The position numbers and the translations under genes are program-made. A stretch of DNA of 38,076 nucleotides. Origin: Nanobdellota archaeon. Lineage in GTDB: Archaea > Nanobdellota > Nanobdellia > Woesearchaeales > GW2011-AR9. Positions within the stretch are counted from its first letter, which is position 1. Every line of letters begins with the position of its first letter. The stretch spans positions 1-38,076 of the forward strand of contig JAHJDQ010000150.1 in assembly GCA_018812355.1 (NCBI GenBank), given 5' to 3'. This document shows, one piece after another, positions 28,029-36,111 of the stretch. The notes beneath the pieces are model-generated. The model had not been told where the DNA came from and made no database searches. It saw only the letters and a list, made by a program, of their open reading frames with translations.

Positions 28029-29964
28029 AAAACTAATTGATTGGATTAAGTCAGCAGAGGCTAAGAAAATTCCTGATAGTAAACTAAAGAAAATTATGAT
28101 AAAACGTGGCTGGCCTGAAAAAGATATTGATCATGCGATCGATCTTGCTCATAAGAAAAAAGTTAATTGGCTGCCTTTGATTTTGATGTTTATTGGATCA
28201 TTCCTTTTGTTTGTTTTTACTAATTCTGTTAATCGTGGTGATGAAATATTTTTTTGGCTATTTACAAGCACGACTATTGCTATAATTTATTCTCTATTAA
28301 TTTATTATAAAACCAATAAAAAAGAATCATTTATTGAATTTTTTATAATTAATTTTTCATCTGGTCTATTATCTTTAACCATATCATTTTTATTCTTCAA
28401 TTTCGTTGTACTTTTAGTTTATTTAATTAAAATTCCGGTGACAATCCCTCTAATCATCATCATTTCTGCTTTATCTATTACGCTCCTATTTTATCTTTTC
28501 TTTCTCACAGTTTCTCTCTTATCCAAACATTTTATGGGTTACTTTGATCATGAATCATTTTTTATATTTAAACATTGGCCGATGAAGATATTTAATGTCA
28601 ATTGGCAAAAGAAATGGACTTTGTTAAAGTATCCCGCGGTCGTTATCGTTATTGGATTGATTGTCTGTACTATTTTATTCAGTTTACTTGCAGAAAAAAC
28701 CAATCAACAGAATAATAACTCTCAATTTACACTTAAAGAACATTTAAGACAACAAATTCAAGATAATTGTATTATAGGTTATTCTGAAGATATATTTACT
28801 TGTTCTCCTTTTAATCAAGAACAATTAGAGTTAAAATATGTGCAAGAAGTAGAAACAGCAAGAAAAGATCTCTGGTTAGATGTCGAGAGTAAGACTCTCC
28901 CTAGAACAACTATTTTCAATTTTTTTGATGCAACCATAGAAAGACTATCTTATTTATTAAAATATGGGATGGAATGGGCTTTCCAAAGAGAACAATGGAA
29001 TATTATCAAAGAATTATCTCCAGCAGAACAGCAATTGTTATTCTATGACAATTTTGAGAATAGTTTAAGTCAATGGCGTTCGCAAGATTTGGTTTATAAC
29101 CCTTATGGGGGTTTCTGGCACATTGAAGAAGAACAAAATAATAAAGCACTGGAAGGGTTTGAACATATTTGGGTTCATGCCGGCTCGGAAGATTTTAAAA
29201 CAAGTATTTTTGAAACCAAGTTTAAAATTCTTGATGGAGGAGCACATATTAATTTCATTAATCGCGATTATCCTGGCGAGGGCCGATATTATGTTTCTGT
29301 TGCTGAGAATCATCTTGGATTGCATCGCCAGTATGATAATTGGGAAATATTTGAAGAGCTTGAATCAGTTAGTATTAATCTTAAAAAAGGGGAATGGTAC
29401 GATTTAAGAATTGAACTTAACGAATCTAATGATAAGTACATCACCATTTTCCTTAATGATAAGATTGTTTTAAGCAATCCACACGTTCCAATTTATAATA
29501 CTGGTTCAATTGCTTTTGAAACATTAGACAATTCTGTGATTTGGTTTGATGATGTAAAAGTTTTTGGTAATTATCAAGACGAACAGCAAGCTCTAGAATA
29601 TAACGTCTTCGAAAAAACAGACGATGAATTAACTAAATATATCGAGGAAAAAGAAAAGAATATTGCTGTATCATATCAACAATCTTTTGCTTCGGAACGT
29701 AACCAAGAATTTGACATCTTGGGATACCAAGAACAAAATGCTTATCGTTACAAATATATATTTTCATTTTTTGATTCTTATGATTATTTATCAGGAAGAT
29801 TAATTTATTTAGAAAAATTAAAACAAGAGATTGTTAAAGTTCTGGATGATTATTACAAGAATAAAATAAATGTTATTTATAATAATAGAAATGTTGAGGA
29901 ATCATTACAAAGTAAAGCAATCAGATTAACAGTGATGGAGAGGTTTTTAGAAAATGCTCGCTAA
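28018..29964 (+). CDS. Large hypothetical membrane protein with probable ConA/LamG-like beta-sandwich domain
   Basis: Short helical N-domain (RGWPEKDID), about 5 TM, FYDNFE...W, GEWYDLRIE, TGSIAF, WFDDVKV. Confidence 0.7.
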   Translation: MSSRKLIDWIKSAEAKKIPDSKLKKIMIKRGWPEKDIDHAIDLAHKKKVNWLPLILMFIGSFLLFVFTNSVNRGDEIFFWLFTSTTIAIIYSLLIYYKTNKKESFIEFFIINFSSGLLSLTISFLFFNFVVLLVYLIKIPVTIPLIIIISALSITLLFYLFFLTVSLLSKHFMGYFDHESFFIFKHWPMKIFNVNWQKKWTLLKYPAVVIVIGLIVCTILFSLLAEKTNQQNNNSQFTLKEHLRQQIQDNCIIGYSEDIFTCSPFNQEQLELKYVQEVETARKDLWLDVESKTLPRTTIFNFFDATIERLSYLLKYGMEWAFQREQWNIIKELSPAEQQLLFYDNFENSLSQWRSQDLVYNPYGGFWHIEEEQNNKALEGFEHIWVHAGSEDFKTSIFETKFKILDGGAHINFINRDYPGEGRYYVSVAENHLGLHRQYDNWEIFEELESVSINLKKGEWYDLRIELNESNDKYITIFLNDKIVLSNPHVPIYNTGSIAFETLDNSVIWFDDVKVFGNYQDEQQALEYNVFEKTDDELTKYIEEKEKNIAVSYQQSFASERNQEFDILGYQEQNAYRYKYIFSFFDSYDYLSGRLIYLEKLKQEIVKVLDDYYKNKINVIYNNRNVEESLQSKAIRLTVMERFLENAR

Positions 29965-30868
29965 TACTAAAACAATACTTGAAAAAGCAGCTCGAAAGAA
30001 CTATGCTGTTGGACACTTTAACATTAACAACATGGAAATTCTGCAAGGAGTAGTGCAAGCAGCTAATAATCTTAAAGCTCCAATTATCGTAGCCACTAGT
30101 GAAGGCGCGATTAAGTATGCTGGGATGAATTTCCTTTACGATTTGGTGAGAACTGCTTCCGAGTTAAGTAAAGTACCAATCGCTTTACATCTTGACCATG
30201 GTCAAGATATGAATATCATCAGGCAGGCAATAAAAATAGGCTACTCTTCGGTGATGTTTGACGGTTCTCATTATCCTTTCAAAAAAAATCTCCGTTTAAC
30301 TAAAAAAGTAGTCAAATTAGCACATAAAAAAAATATTTCCGTAGAAGCAGAACTCGGCACTATCGGCGGAGTAGAAGATAATATTAAATCCAAAAAAATA
30401 ATTTACACTGATCCAGAAAAAGCGCAAGAATTTGTCAATAAAACTGGTTGCGATTTTCTAGCCATAGCCATCGGCACATCGCATGGCGCGTATAAATTTA
30501 GAGGACCAGCAAAACTCAATTTTGCTTTACTAAAAGAAATAAAACAGAAAATTAAAGTCCCTTTAGTTCTGCACGGAGGATCGGAAGTACCTCGAGAAGT
30601 AGTTCAGCAAGCAGAAAAATATGGTGCTAAATTGAGCGGAGTTAGGGGCGTTCCTGATCAACAGATAAGAATGGCAGTTAAATATGGGATTAACAAAATT
30701 AATACTGATACTGACTTAAGAATAGCTTTCGATGCGGCAGTAAGAAAAATAATCAAAACTAAACCGAAAGATTTTGATCCTCGTCACATTTTAGCTCCAG
30801 CCAGAGATCTAATTACTAAAGTAGCTGAACACCGTATTAAAGTATTTGGAAGTGTAAAAAAATGGTGA
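29954..30868 (+). CDS. fba: Class II fructose-bisphosphate aldolase
   Basis: YAVGHFN, ALHLDHG, SSVMFDGS, VEAELG, IGTSHGAYK, LVLHGGS, KINTDTD. Confidence 0.96.
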   Translation: MLANTKTILEKAARKNYAVGHFNINNMEILQGVVQAANNLKAPIIVATSEGAIKYAGMNFLYDLVRTASELSKVPIALHLDHGQDMNIIRQAIKIGYSSVMFDGSHYPFKKNLRLTKKVVKLAHKKNISVEAELGTIGGVEDNIKSKKIIYTDPEKAQEFVNKTGCDFLAIAIGTSHGAYKFRGPAKLNFALLKEIKQKIKVPLVLHGGSEVPREVVQQAEKYGAKLSGVRGVPDQQIRMAVKYGINKINTDTDLRIAFDAAVRKIIKTKPKDFDPRHILAPARDLITKVAEHRIKVFGSVKKW

Positions 30869-31308
30869 AAGTATATCTGGCTTCCGATCACGGCGGATTT
30901 TTGTTAAAGAAAAAATTACTTGTTTTTCTAGCCAAAAATAATTATAATCTAGAAGACCTCGGCCCCAAAGAATTTAACATTAAAGATGATTATCCAGATT
31001 ATGCTCTTCCTTTAGCCAAAAAAGTATCTAAAGATAAAAATAGTTTCGGAATTCTTTTATGTCGTAATGGACAAGGAGTGTGTATTTCTGCTAATAAAGT
31101 AAAAGGTATTCGTGCTGTTACTGGCTTTTCTAAAAAAATGATTAAAAGTACTCGCCACGACGATAATGCTAATGTTTTATGTCTACCTGCTGATTACATT
31201 AAAGAAAAAGAAGCTAAAAAAATTATTAAAATCTTTTTAGAAACAAAATTCTCCAAATTAGCTCGACACCAAAGAAGACTCAACAAAATAAAAAGATTAG
31301 AAAAATAA
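30862..31308 (+). CDS. rpiB: Ribose-5-phosphate isomerase B
   Basis: ASDHGG, DDYPD, LCRNGQG, ANKVKGIRA, NANVLCL, RHQRR. Confidence 0.93.
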   Translation: MVKVYLASDHGGFLLKKKLLVFLAKNNYNLEDLGPKEFNIKDDYPDYALPLAKKVSKDKNSFGILLCRNGQGVCISANKVKGIRAVTGFSKKMIKSTRHDDNANVLCLPADYIKEKEAKKIIKIFLETKFSKLARHQRRLNKIKRLEK

Positions 31309-31309
31309 G

Positions 31310-31411
31310 ATGGATCTGCAAAAATTATTCACTGAGAATGGAGTAATTATTATTTTAGCAATCGTCTTTTTATTATTTATTTTTGCCATTATCATTAAGA
31401 GAGTTATCTAA
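31310..31411 (+). CDS. 33-aa single-TM peptide (not in ORF track)
   Basis: MDLQKLFTENGVIIILAIVFLLFIFAIIIKRVI fills the rpiB-rpe gap with 1-2 nt spacers. Confidence 0.65.
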   Translation: MDLQKLFTENGVIIILAIVFLLFIFAIIIKRVI

Positions 31412-31413
31412 AA

Positions 31414-32034
31414 ATGAACAAACAAATCTGGCCCAGCATTATGGCCAAATCACAACAAGAATTGAATAAAGACCTCAACAAACTAAAAGGCGTCGCTAAA
31501 ACATTACATTTAGACATCGTTGACGGTAAGTTTGCTCATAACAAAACGTTACAATTTCCATTTAAATTAAAAAATAATTTTAATTATACTGTCCATCTCA
31601 TGATTAAAAATCCAGAAAAATGGATCAAAAAAAATATTAAAAAAAATTATCTCTTCATCCCTCATTTTGAAGAAATTAAGCATAAAGAGGAACATCTTCA
31701 GTTCATCAAGAAAAATAAAAAAAAGGTTGCTTTTGCTTTATTACCAAAAACAAAAGTTAAAACCATTAAACCTTACCTAAATAAAATCAATTATATCCTT
31801 ATTCTCACGGTTCAACCTGGCTTTTACGGTTCTAAATTTCTTAAAAAACCACTCCAGAAAATTAAACAAATAAAAAAACTAAACCCCCAAATCAAAATAA
31901 TCGTTGACGGCGGTTTGAATCCCAAAACGATTAAGAAAGCTCAAGCCGCTGATTATTTCGTCTCCGGTTCATATACAACTAAAGCAGAACATCCTCAACA
32001 AAGAATTAAACTTTTAAAACAAGCTCTTTCTTAG
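31414..32034 (+). CDS. rpe: Ribulose-phosphate 3-epimerase
   Basis: PSI, HLDIVDGKF, VHLM, TVQPGFYG, VDGG, VSGS. Confidence 0.92.
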   Translation: MNKQIWPSIMAKSQQELNKDLNKLKGVAKTLHLDIVDGKFAHNKTLQFPFKLKNNFNYTVHLMIKNPEKWIKKNIKKNYLFIPHFEEIKHKEEHLQFIKKNKKKVAFALLPKTKVKTIKPYLNKINYILILTVQPGFYGSKFLKKPLQKIKQIKKLNPQIKIIVDGGLNPKTIKKAQAADYFVSGSYTTKAEHPQQRIKLLKQALS

Positions 32035-32035
32035 A

Positions 32036-32719
32036 TTAAATGTACCAACTTAAAATTATCAGAGCAGAATAAATGACAAATCCAATTGTAAAATAACCAA
32101 TATGTCCCTTATTCCCGAAAGGGATATGGTGTCGAATGATTGTATATAATAAAACTCCAATTGCAATTCCAATTAAAGAATATTCTATTTTTGCTGGCAT
32201 ATTTCTCCATAATAAAGCAAAAACAGTCCCTAAAACCGTTGCTGTGGAAAGAAAGAGGGCTTTAATTTTTAATGGATGACGGCTTGCCGGCAGATTACTT
32301 AAAAAAGTGTAAGATAACATTGGAATTGAAAATAAAACTGCTTCCGCAGCACTACCTTTAGCAAAAGTAACTAAAATGATTCCAATAATGAAATGGTAAA
32401 TGAATGAAAAAACATGTTCTTCTAACGTTAACATCCTTACTAAATCTCTTTTTATATTATGCATATAAATTTCTTTTTCAATAATATGATGAATAATAAA
32501 CCCAACTGGAATAGAAATGAACAAAATCTTATGAATTGACAAAGCAGCCTCTGTAAATGTTGGAAACAGTTCTAATAAAACGTAAGTAATCGAGACTCCT
32601 GCCGAAAAAGAAAATATTTTTTTGTTCCACTCCGCATGTTTAATTGTCCATTTATTACTGTAATAATAAGCAATAGAAATAATCGTGGCCAGTAATATAG
32701 GTAAAAAGAGGTTTGACAT
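32036..32719 (-). CDS. Polytopic membrane protein, ZIP-transporter-like
   Basis: SFSAGVSITYVLLELFP, several membrane His, GVLLY; 7-8 TM. Confidence 0.6.
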   Translation of the reverse strand: MSNLFLPILLATIISIAYYYSNKWTIKHAEWNKKIFSFSAGVSITYVLLELFPTFTEAALSIHKILFISIPVGFIIHHIIEKEIYMHNIKRDLVRMLTLEEHVFSFIYHFIIGIILVTFAKGSAAEAVLFSIPMLSYTFLSNLPASRHPLKIKALFLSTATVLGTVFALLWRNMPAKIEYSLIGIAIGVLLYTIIRHHIPFGNKGHIGYFTIGFVIYSALIILSWYI

Positions 32720-32781
32720 AACTAAGAAGAATTATTTTACTACTTAATAATATTTCGTTTTAAGAAGAAAAAAAGAAAAAA

Positions 32782-32818
32782 AGAAATTTTTGGTAATTTC
32801 TAGTCATTCCTTCGGAAT
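32782..32818. repeat. Two-hairpin element / possible terminator
   Basis: AGAAATT-TTTGGT-AATTTCT and ATTCC-TTC-GGAAT; followed on the minus strand by long T-tracts. Confidence 0.5.
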
Positions 32819-32831
32819 AAAATAAAAAAGC

Positions 32832-33251
32832 TTACTCAACTACTAATTTACCCTTGACACCATAACCAGTGGTCCAGTAAGTGTAAGTACCTTCTTCAAA
32901 AGTTAGACTTACCCCTTCTCCAGGCTTAACTAAATCGCTGTTAGTAAACATTTGGGTACCATCTTTTTGAAAAGTTAAAACCGTACTTCGATCAGCTTTA
33001 TTCACAAAAACAACTTCACTGCCTGCTCGAACACTAGCTTCTGCTGGAGAAAACCCTGCTTTATCGAGAATCTCAACATCGCCACTTAAAGTAGCAACTT
33101 CTTCTTCATCACTGCCCCAGGAAACTTCATTATTTTCTTCTACTGCCGGTTCTTCTGCTACGACTGCTTCTTCAGCAACTTGAACTTGCGTACAACCAAC
33201 TACAAACAAAATTGCTAACAATACCATCAATAAAATATACTTTTTCATCAT
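32832..33251 (-). CDS. Cupredoxin-fold lipoprotein
   Basis: Lipobox VVGC, GFSPAEASVRAGSEVVFVN, VKPGE, FEEGTYTY, GKLVVE. Confidence 0.8.
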   Translation of the reverse strand: MMKKYILLMVLLAILFVVGCTQVQVAEEAVVAEEPAVEENNEVSWGSDEEEVATLSGDVEILDKAGFSPAEASVRAGSEVVFVNKADRSTVLTFQKDGTQMFTNSDLVKPGEGVSLTFEEGTYTYWTTGYGVKGKLVVE

Positions 33252-33385
33252 TAAAACTCCCTGAGTTTTTTAATTAGTTTATTGCTTTTATTCATATACT
33301 TTACTAAATTAAGACTTCATTAAATGGCAAAACATTTATTAAGATTGCTTTTCTATTTATAAAGAAAAAGAGGTGAATTTAAAAG

Positions 33386-33499
33386 ATGGTTAAAAAGAAG
33401 GAAGAGAACTCTTGGATTTTTTATTTAGCTTTTGGATTAATTATTATTGGGGTAGCGGCAGTAGTTATGCTCGCTCTACATGCTTTGGGGATAATTTAA
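33386..33499 (+). CDS. 37-aa single-TM peptide (not in ORF track)
   Basis: MVKKKEENSWIFYLAFGLIIIGVAAVVMLALHALGII; GAGGTGA RBS; TATA near 33337-33342. Confidence 0.7.
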   Translation: MVKKKEENSWIFYLAFGLIIIGVAAVVMLALHALGII

Positions 33500-33500
33500 G

Positions 33501-33692
33501 ATGATTAGTCGTGTTAAAAAGATTATTATTTATTTAGATATGTTGCTCTTAATTATGACGGCATCATGGATTATTTTTGGAGTTTCTAAAAGTGTGAATA
33601 ATATTGAACTGGTTTATAATTATACTTATATTATTACTTTAACAATTGCTTTATTGCTTAACATAAAAGTAATCCATCAAAAAAATGAATAA
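33501..33692 (+). CDS. Small two-TM hypothetical protein
   Basis: Two hydrophobic helices; abuts the upstream peptide and overlaps the tkt start. Confidence 0.6.
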   Translation: MISRVKKIIIYLDMLLLIMTASWIIFGVSKSVNNIELVYNYTYIITLTIALLLNIKVIHQKNE

Positions 33693-34515
33693 ACTCACCA
33701 ACCTCAAATTAAAAGCAAATCTGATTAGACAAGACTTACTTACTATGCTCAATCATGCTGGTTCAGGCCATACTGCTGGCCCACTTGGTTTAGTGGAAAT
33801 CTTTACTGCTTTATATTTTAAAATTCTGAAACATAATCCAAAAAAACATTTATGGGAGAAAAGAGATCGCTTAATTCTTTCTAATGGTCACGTTTGTCCG
33901 GTTCGTTACACAACGATGGCCCATGCCGGTTATTTTCCAGTTAAAGAACTAACTACTTTACGAAAATTAAATTCCCGCTTGCAGGGACATCCAAGTCGGG
34001 TTGATCTGCCCGCGTTAGAACTTTCTGCTGCTTCCTTAGGCCAAGGCTTAGGAGTAAGTGTTGGGATGGCTCTTGCAGCAAAATTAAAAAAACAAAAGCA
34101 GACCATTTATTGCCTTAGTTCAGATGGCGAACATGATGAAGGTTCAACTTGGGAAGCGATTAACGCTGCTGCCAAATGGAACTTAAATAATCTCATCAAT
34201 ATTATCGATCGTAATAATATCCAAATCTCTGGTTATACTCAAGATGTTTGGCCCTTAAAATCATTAAAAGCTAAATATGAATCTTTTGGCTGGAAAGTTT
34301 ACGAAATTAATGGCCATAGTTTCCAGCAGATTTTTTCTACAATTAAAAAAGCCAAACAGTTTAACGGACCCGTTTGCATTATCGCTTTTACTGTTCCTGG
34401 GAAAGGCATCACTTTCATGGAACATGAATATGCCTGGCACGGTAAAGCTCCCAACAAAGAGGAATTAACCCGTGCTTTATTAGAACTAAAAGAGGAAAGA
34501 AGAAAAATAAAATGA
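33685..34515 (+). CDS. tkt: Transketolase, N-terminal (ThDP-binding) subunit
   Basis: GSGH, RDRLILSNGH, LQGHP, SLGQG, SDGEHDEG...DRNN, WHGK. Confidence 0.95.
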   Translation: MNKLTNLKLKANLIRQDLLTMLNHAGSGHTAGPLGLVEIFTALYFKILKHNPKKHLWEKRDRLILSNGHVCPVRYTTMAHAGYFPVKELTTLRKLNSRLQGHPSRVDLPALELSAASLGQGLGVSVGMALAAKLKKQKQTIYCLSSDGEHDEGSTWEAINAAAKWNLNNLINIIDRNNIQISGYTQDVWPLKSLKAKYESFGWKVYEINGHSFQQIFSTIKKAKQFNGPVCIIAFTVPGKGITFMEHEYAWHGKAPNKEELTRALLELKEERRKIK

Positions 34516-34562
34516 AAATCCTAAAGAAATTTTCAATGTTTACTCGGAGGAACTCGTAAACA
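34513..34562. repeat. Two-hairpin insert between transketolase subunits
   Basis: TGAAAAT/ATTTTCA and TGTTTAC-TCG-GAG-GAA-CTC-GTAAACA; AAATGA direct repeat at 34510 and 34562. Confidence 0.55.
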
Positions 34563-34563
34563 A

Positions 34564-35472
34564 ATGATAGAATCTAACTCAACACGATCTGGTTTTGGTC
34601 AAGCAATGTTACACCTAGGAAAAAACAAAAAAGTAGTTGCTTTATCTGCTGACTTAACTGAATCAAATAAATTAGTCGCTTTTGAAAAGAAATATCCTCA
34701 AAGATTTTTTCAAGCTGGAGTTGCGGAACAGAATATGGTTACAATGGCTACTGGAATGGCTTTAGAAGGATTAATCCCGTTTGCTTGTTCATTTGGTGTC
34801 TTCCTGCCAATGAGATGTCTCGATCAAATTAGAATTTCTGTTTGTTACAATCAAGCTAATGTTAAACTAGTTGCTACTCATTGTGGTTTAATTACAGGAC
34901 CTGATGGGGCAACACATCAGGCTTTGGAAGATGTCGCTGCTCTGCGCAGTTTACCGGGAATGACAATTATCGAACCATCTGATTATCAGCAAGCAATTAA
35001 AGCGACCAAAGCCGCTACGAGGTGGAAAGGACCTGTTTATCTTAGATTACATCGTGCTAAGTTACCTGCTTTAACTAAAAAAAGTAGTTCGTTTAAGATT
35101 GGCAAAGCTCAACTCTTACAACGTGGAAAAAAATTAACCATCATTGGTTCTGGTCCGATTCTTAACGAAGTAATCAAATTAAATTCAAATTATGAAATCA
35201 TTAATTGTCATACAATTAAACCTTTAGATCAAAAAACAATTTTACAATCGGTTAAGAAAACTAAAAAAGTGTTAGTAATTCAAGACCATCAAGTTTACGG
35301 TGGTTTAGGAAGTGCTATTGCTGAATTATTGTCAGAACACTATCCTGTTAAAATGAAAATTATCGGCATGCCAGATAAATTTGGCGAGTCCGGAACTCCT
35401 GTTGAATTATGGGATAAATATGGGTTAAGTGCAAAACACATTCGGAAAGAAGCAATGAGGTTACTAAGATGA
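34564..35472 (+). CDS. tkt: Transketolase, C-terminal subunit
   Basis: TRSGFG, SADL, GVAEQNM, DQIR, GPDGATHQ, GPVYLRL, IKPLD, GGLGS, FGESG. Confidence 0.95.
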   Translation: MIESNSTRSGFGQAMLHLGKNKKVVALSADLTESNKLVAFEKKYPQRFFQAGVAEQNMVTMATGMALEGLIPFACSFGVFLPMRCLDQIRISVCYNQANVKLVATHCGLITGPDGATHQALEDVAALRSLPGMTIIEPSDYQQAIKATKAATRWKGPVYLRLHRAKLPALTKKSSSFKIGKAQLLQRGKKLTIIGSGPILNEVIKLNSNYEIINCHTIKPLDQKTILQSVKKTKKVLVIQDHQVYGGLGSAIAELLSEHYPVKMKIIGMPDKFGESGTPVELWDKYGLSAKHIRKEAMRLLR

Positions 35473-35612
35473 CTAAAAAATATTTTAGATGTAATGTTTG
35501 TAATGACGTTCATTATGGTAATGCCGGACCAGAAATCTGTCCCACTTGCCAGCAAAAAGATGCTTACGTGGAAATTGACAAAGAAGAAGCGAAAAATGTT
35601 CTAGGATTATGA
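35469..35612 (+). CDS. 47-aa rubredoxin-like protein (not in ORF track)
   Basis: MTKKYFRCNVCNDVHYGNAGPEICPTCQQKDAYVEIDKEEAKNVLGL: CxxC-x12-CPxC; ATGA overlaps at both ends. Confidence 0.85.
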   Translation: MTKKYFRCNVCNDVHYGNAGPEICPTCQQKDAYVEIDKEEAKNVLGL

Positions 35613-35890
35613 ATAAAGAAGAATTGCTTAAAGTTTGGAAAAAATTTACTGAGAATAACAATTTCATTCTCAATCCAGATCAAGAGCACGTTGCTACAAT
35701 CATTGATGGCGTTCTCTTAAACGAAAAGAAGTTTGGCTTAAAATTGTGTCCTTGTCGTTTAAGAGACGGTACTAGAGAAAAAGATTTAGAATTAATTTGT
35801 CCTTGTAATTTTAAAACTCATTCTACTTGGTTAAAACCTCATTCTGGCAGGAAACCAATGTGTTGGTGTGGGCTGTTTGAAAAGAGGTGA
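35609..35890 (+). CDS. Ferredoxin:thioredoxin reductase catalytic-subunit family protein
   Basis: LNPD, G...CPCR, ICPC, CWCGLF. Confidence 0.9.
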   Translation: MNKEELLKVWKKFTENNNFILNPDQEHVATIIDGVLLNEKKFGLKLCPCRLRDGTREKDLELICPCNFKTHSTWLKPHSGRKPMCWCGLFEKR

Positions 35891-35899
35891 TTAAAAAAA

Positions 35900-36073
35900 A
35901 TGGTTAACTTAATTCAATGGTTTGGGATTTTAGCGTTTATCTTTTTTCTGGCTACAGCTATCTTTGGCTATTTGGTCCAGAAAGGAAAAACAAAATTATC
36001 TTGGCATAAAGTTATTGCTACTTTAGCTTTGCTCTTAGCTTTAGTCCATGTCGGCTTAATTTATCTACGTTAG
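35900..36073 (+). CDS. 57-aa two-TM protein with H-x13-H (not in ORF track)
   Basis: MVNLIQWFGILAFIFFLATAIFGYLVQKGKTKLSWHKVIATLALLLALVHVGLIYLR; GAGGTGA RBS. Confidence 0.78.
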   Translation: MVNLIQWFGILAFIFFLATAIFGYLVQKGKTKLSWHKVIATLALLLALVHVGLIYLR

Positions 36074-36076
36074 ACA

Positions 36077-36090
36077 GTAAACTTTAAAAA
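36077..36090 (+). promoter_or_regulatory. BRE/TATA promoter of leaderless endA
   Basis: GTAAAC-TTTAAAAA about 22 nt before ATG 36112. Confidence 0.6.
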
Positions 36091-36111
36091 CTCAGTCTTT
36101 AAATCAGACTC

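Noticed and set aside
34512..34559. 15-aa mini-ORF MKILKKFSMFTRRNS
   Set aside because: Explained by the hairpin insert; no independent evidence of coding
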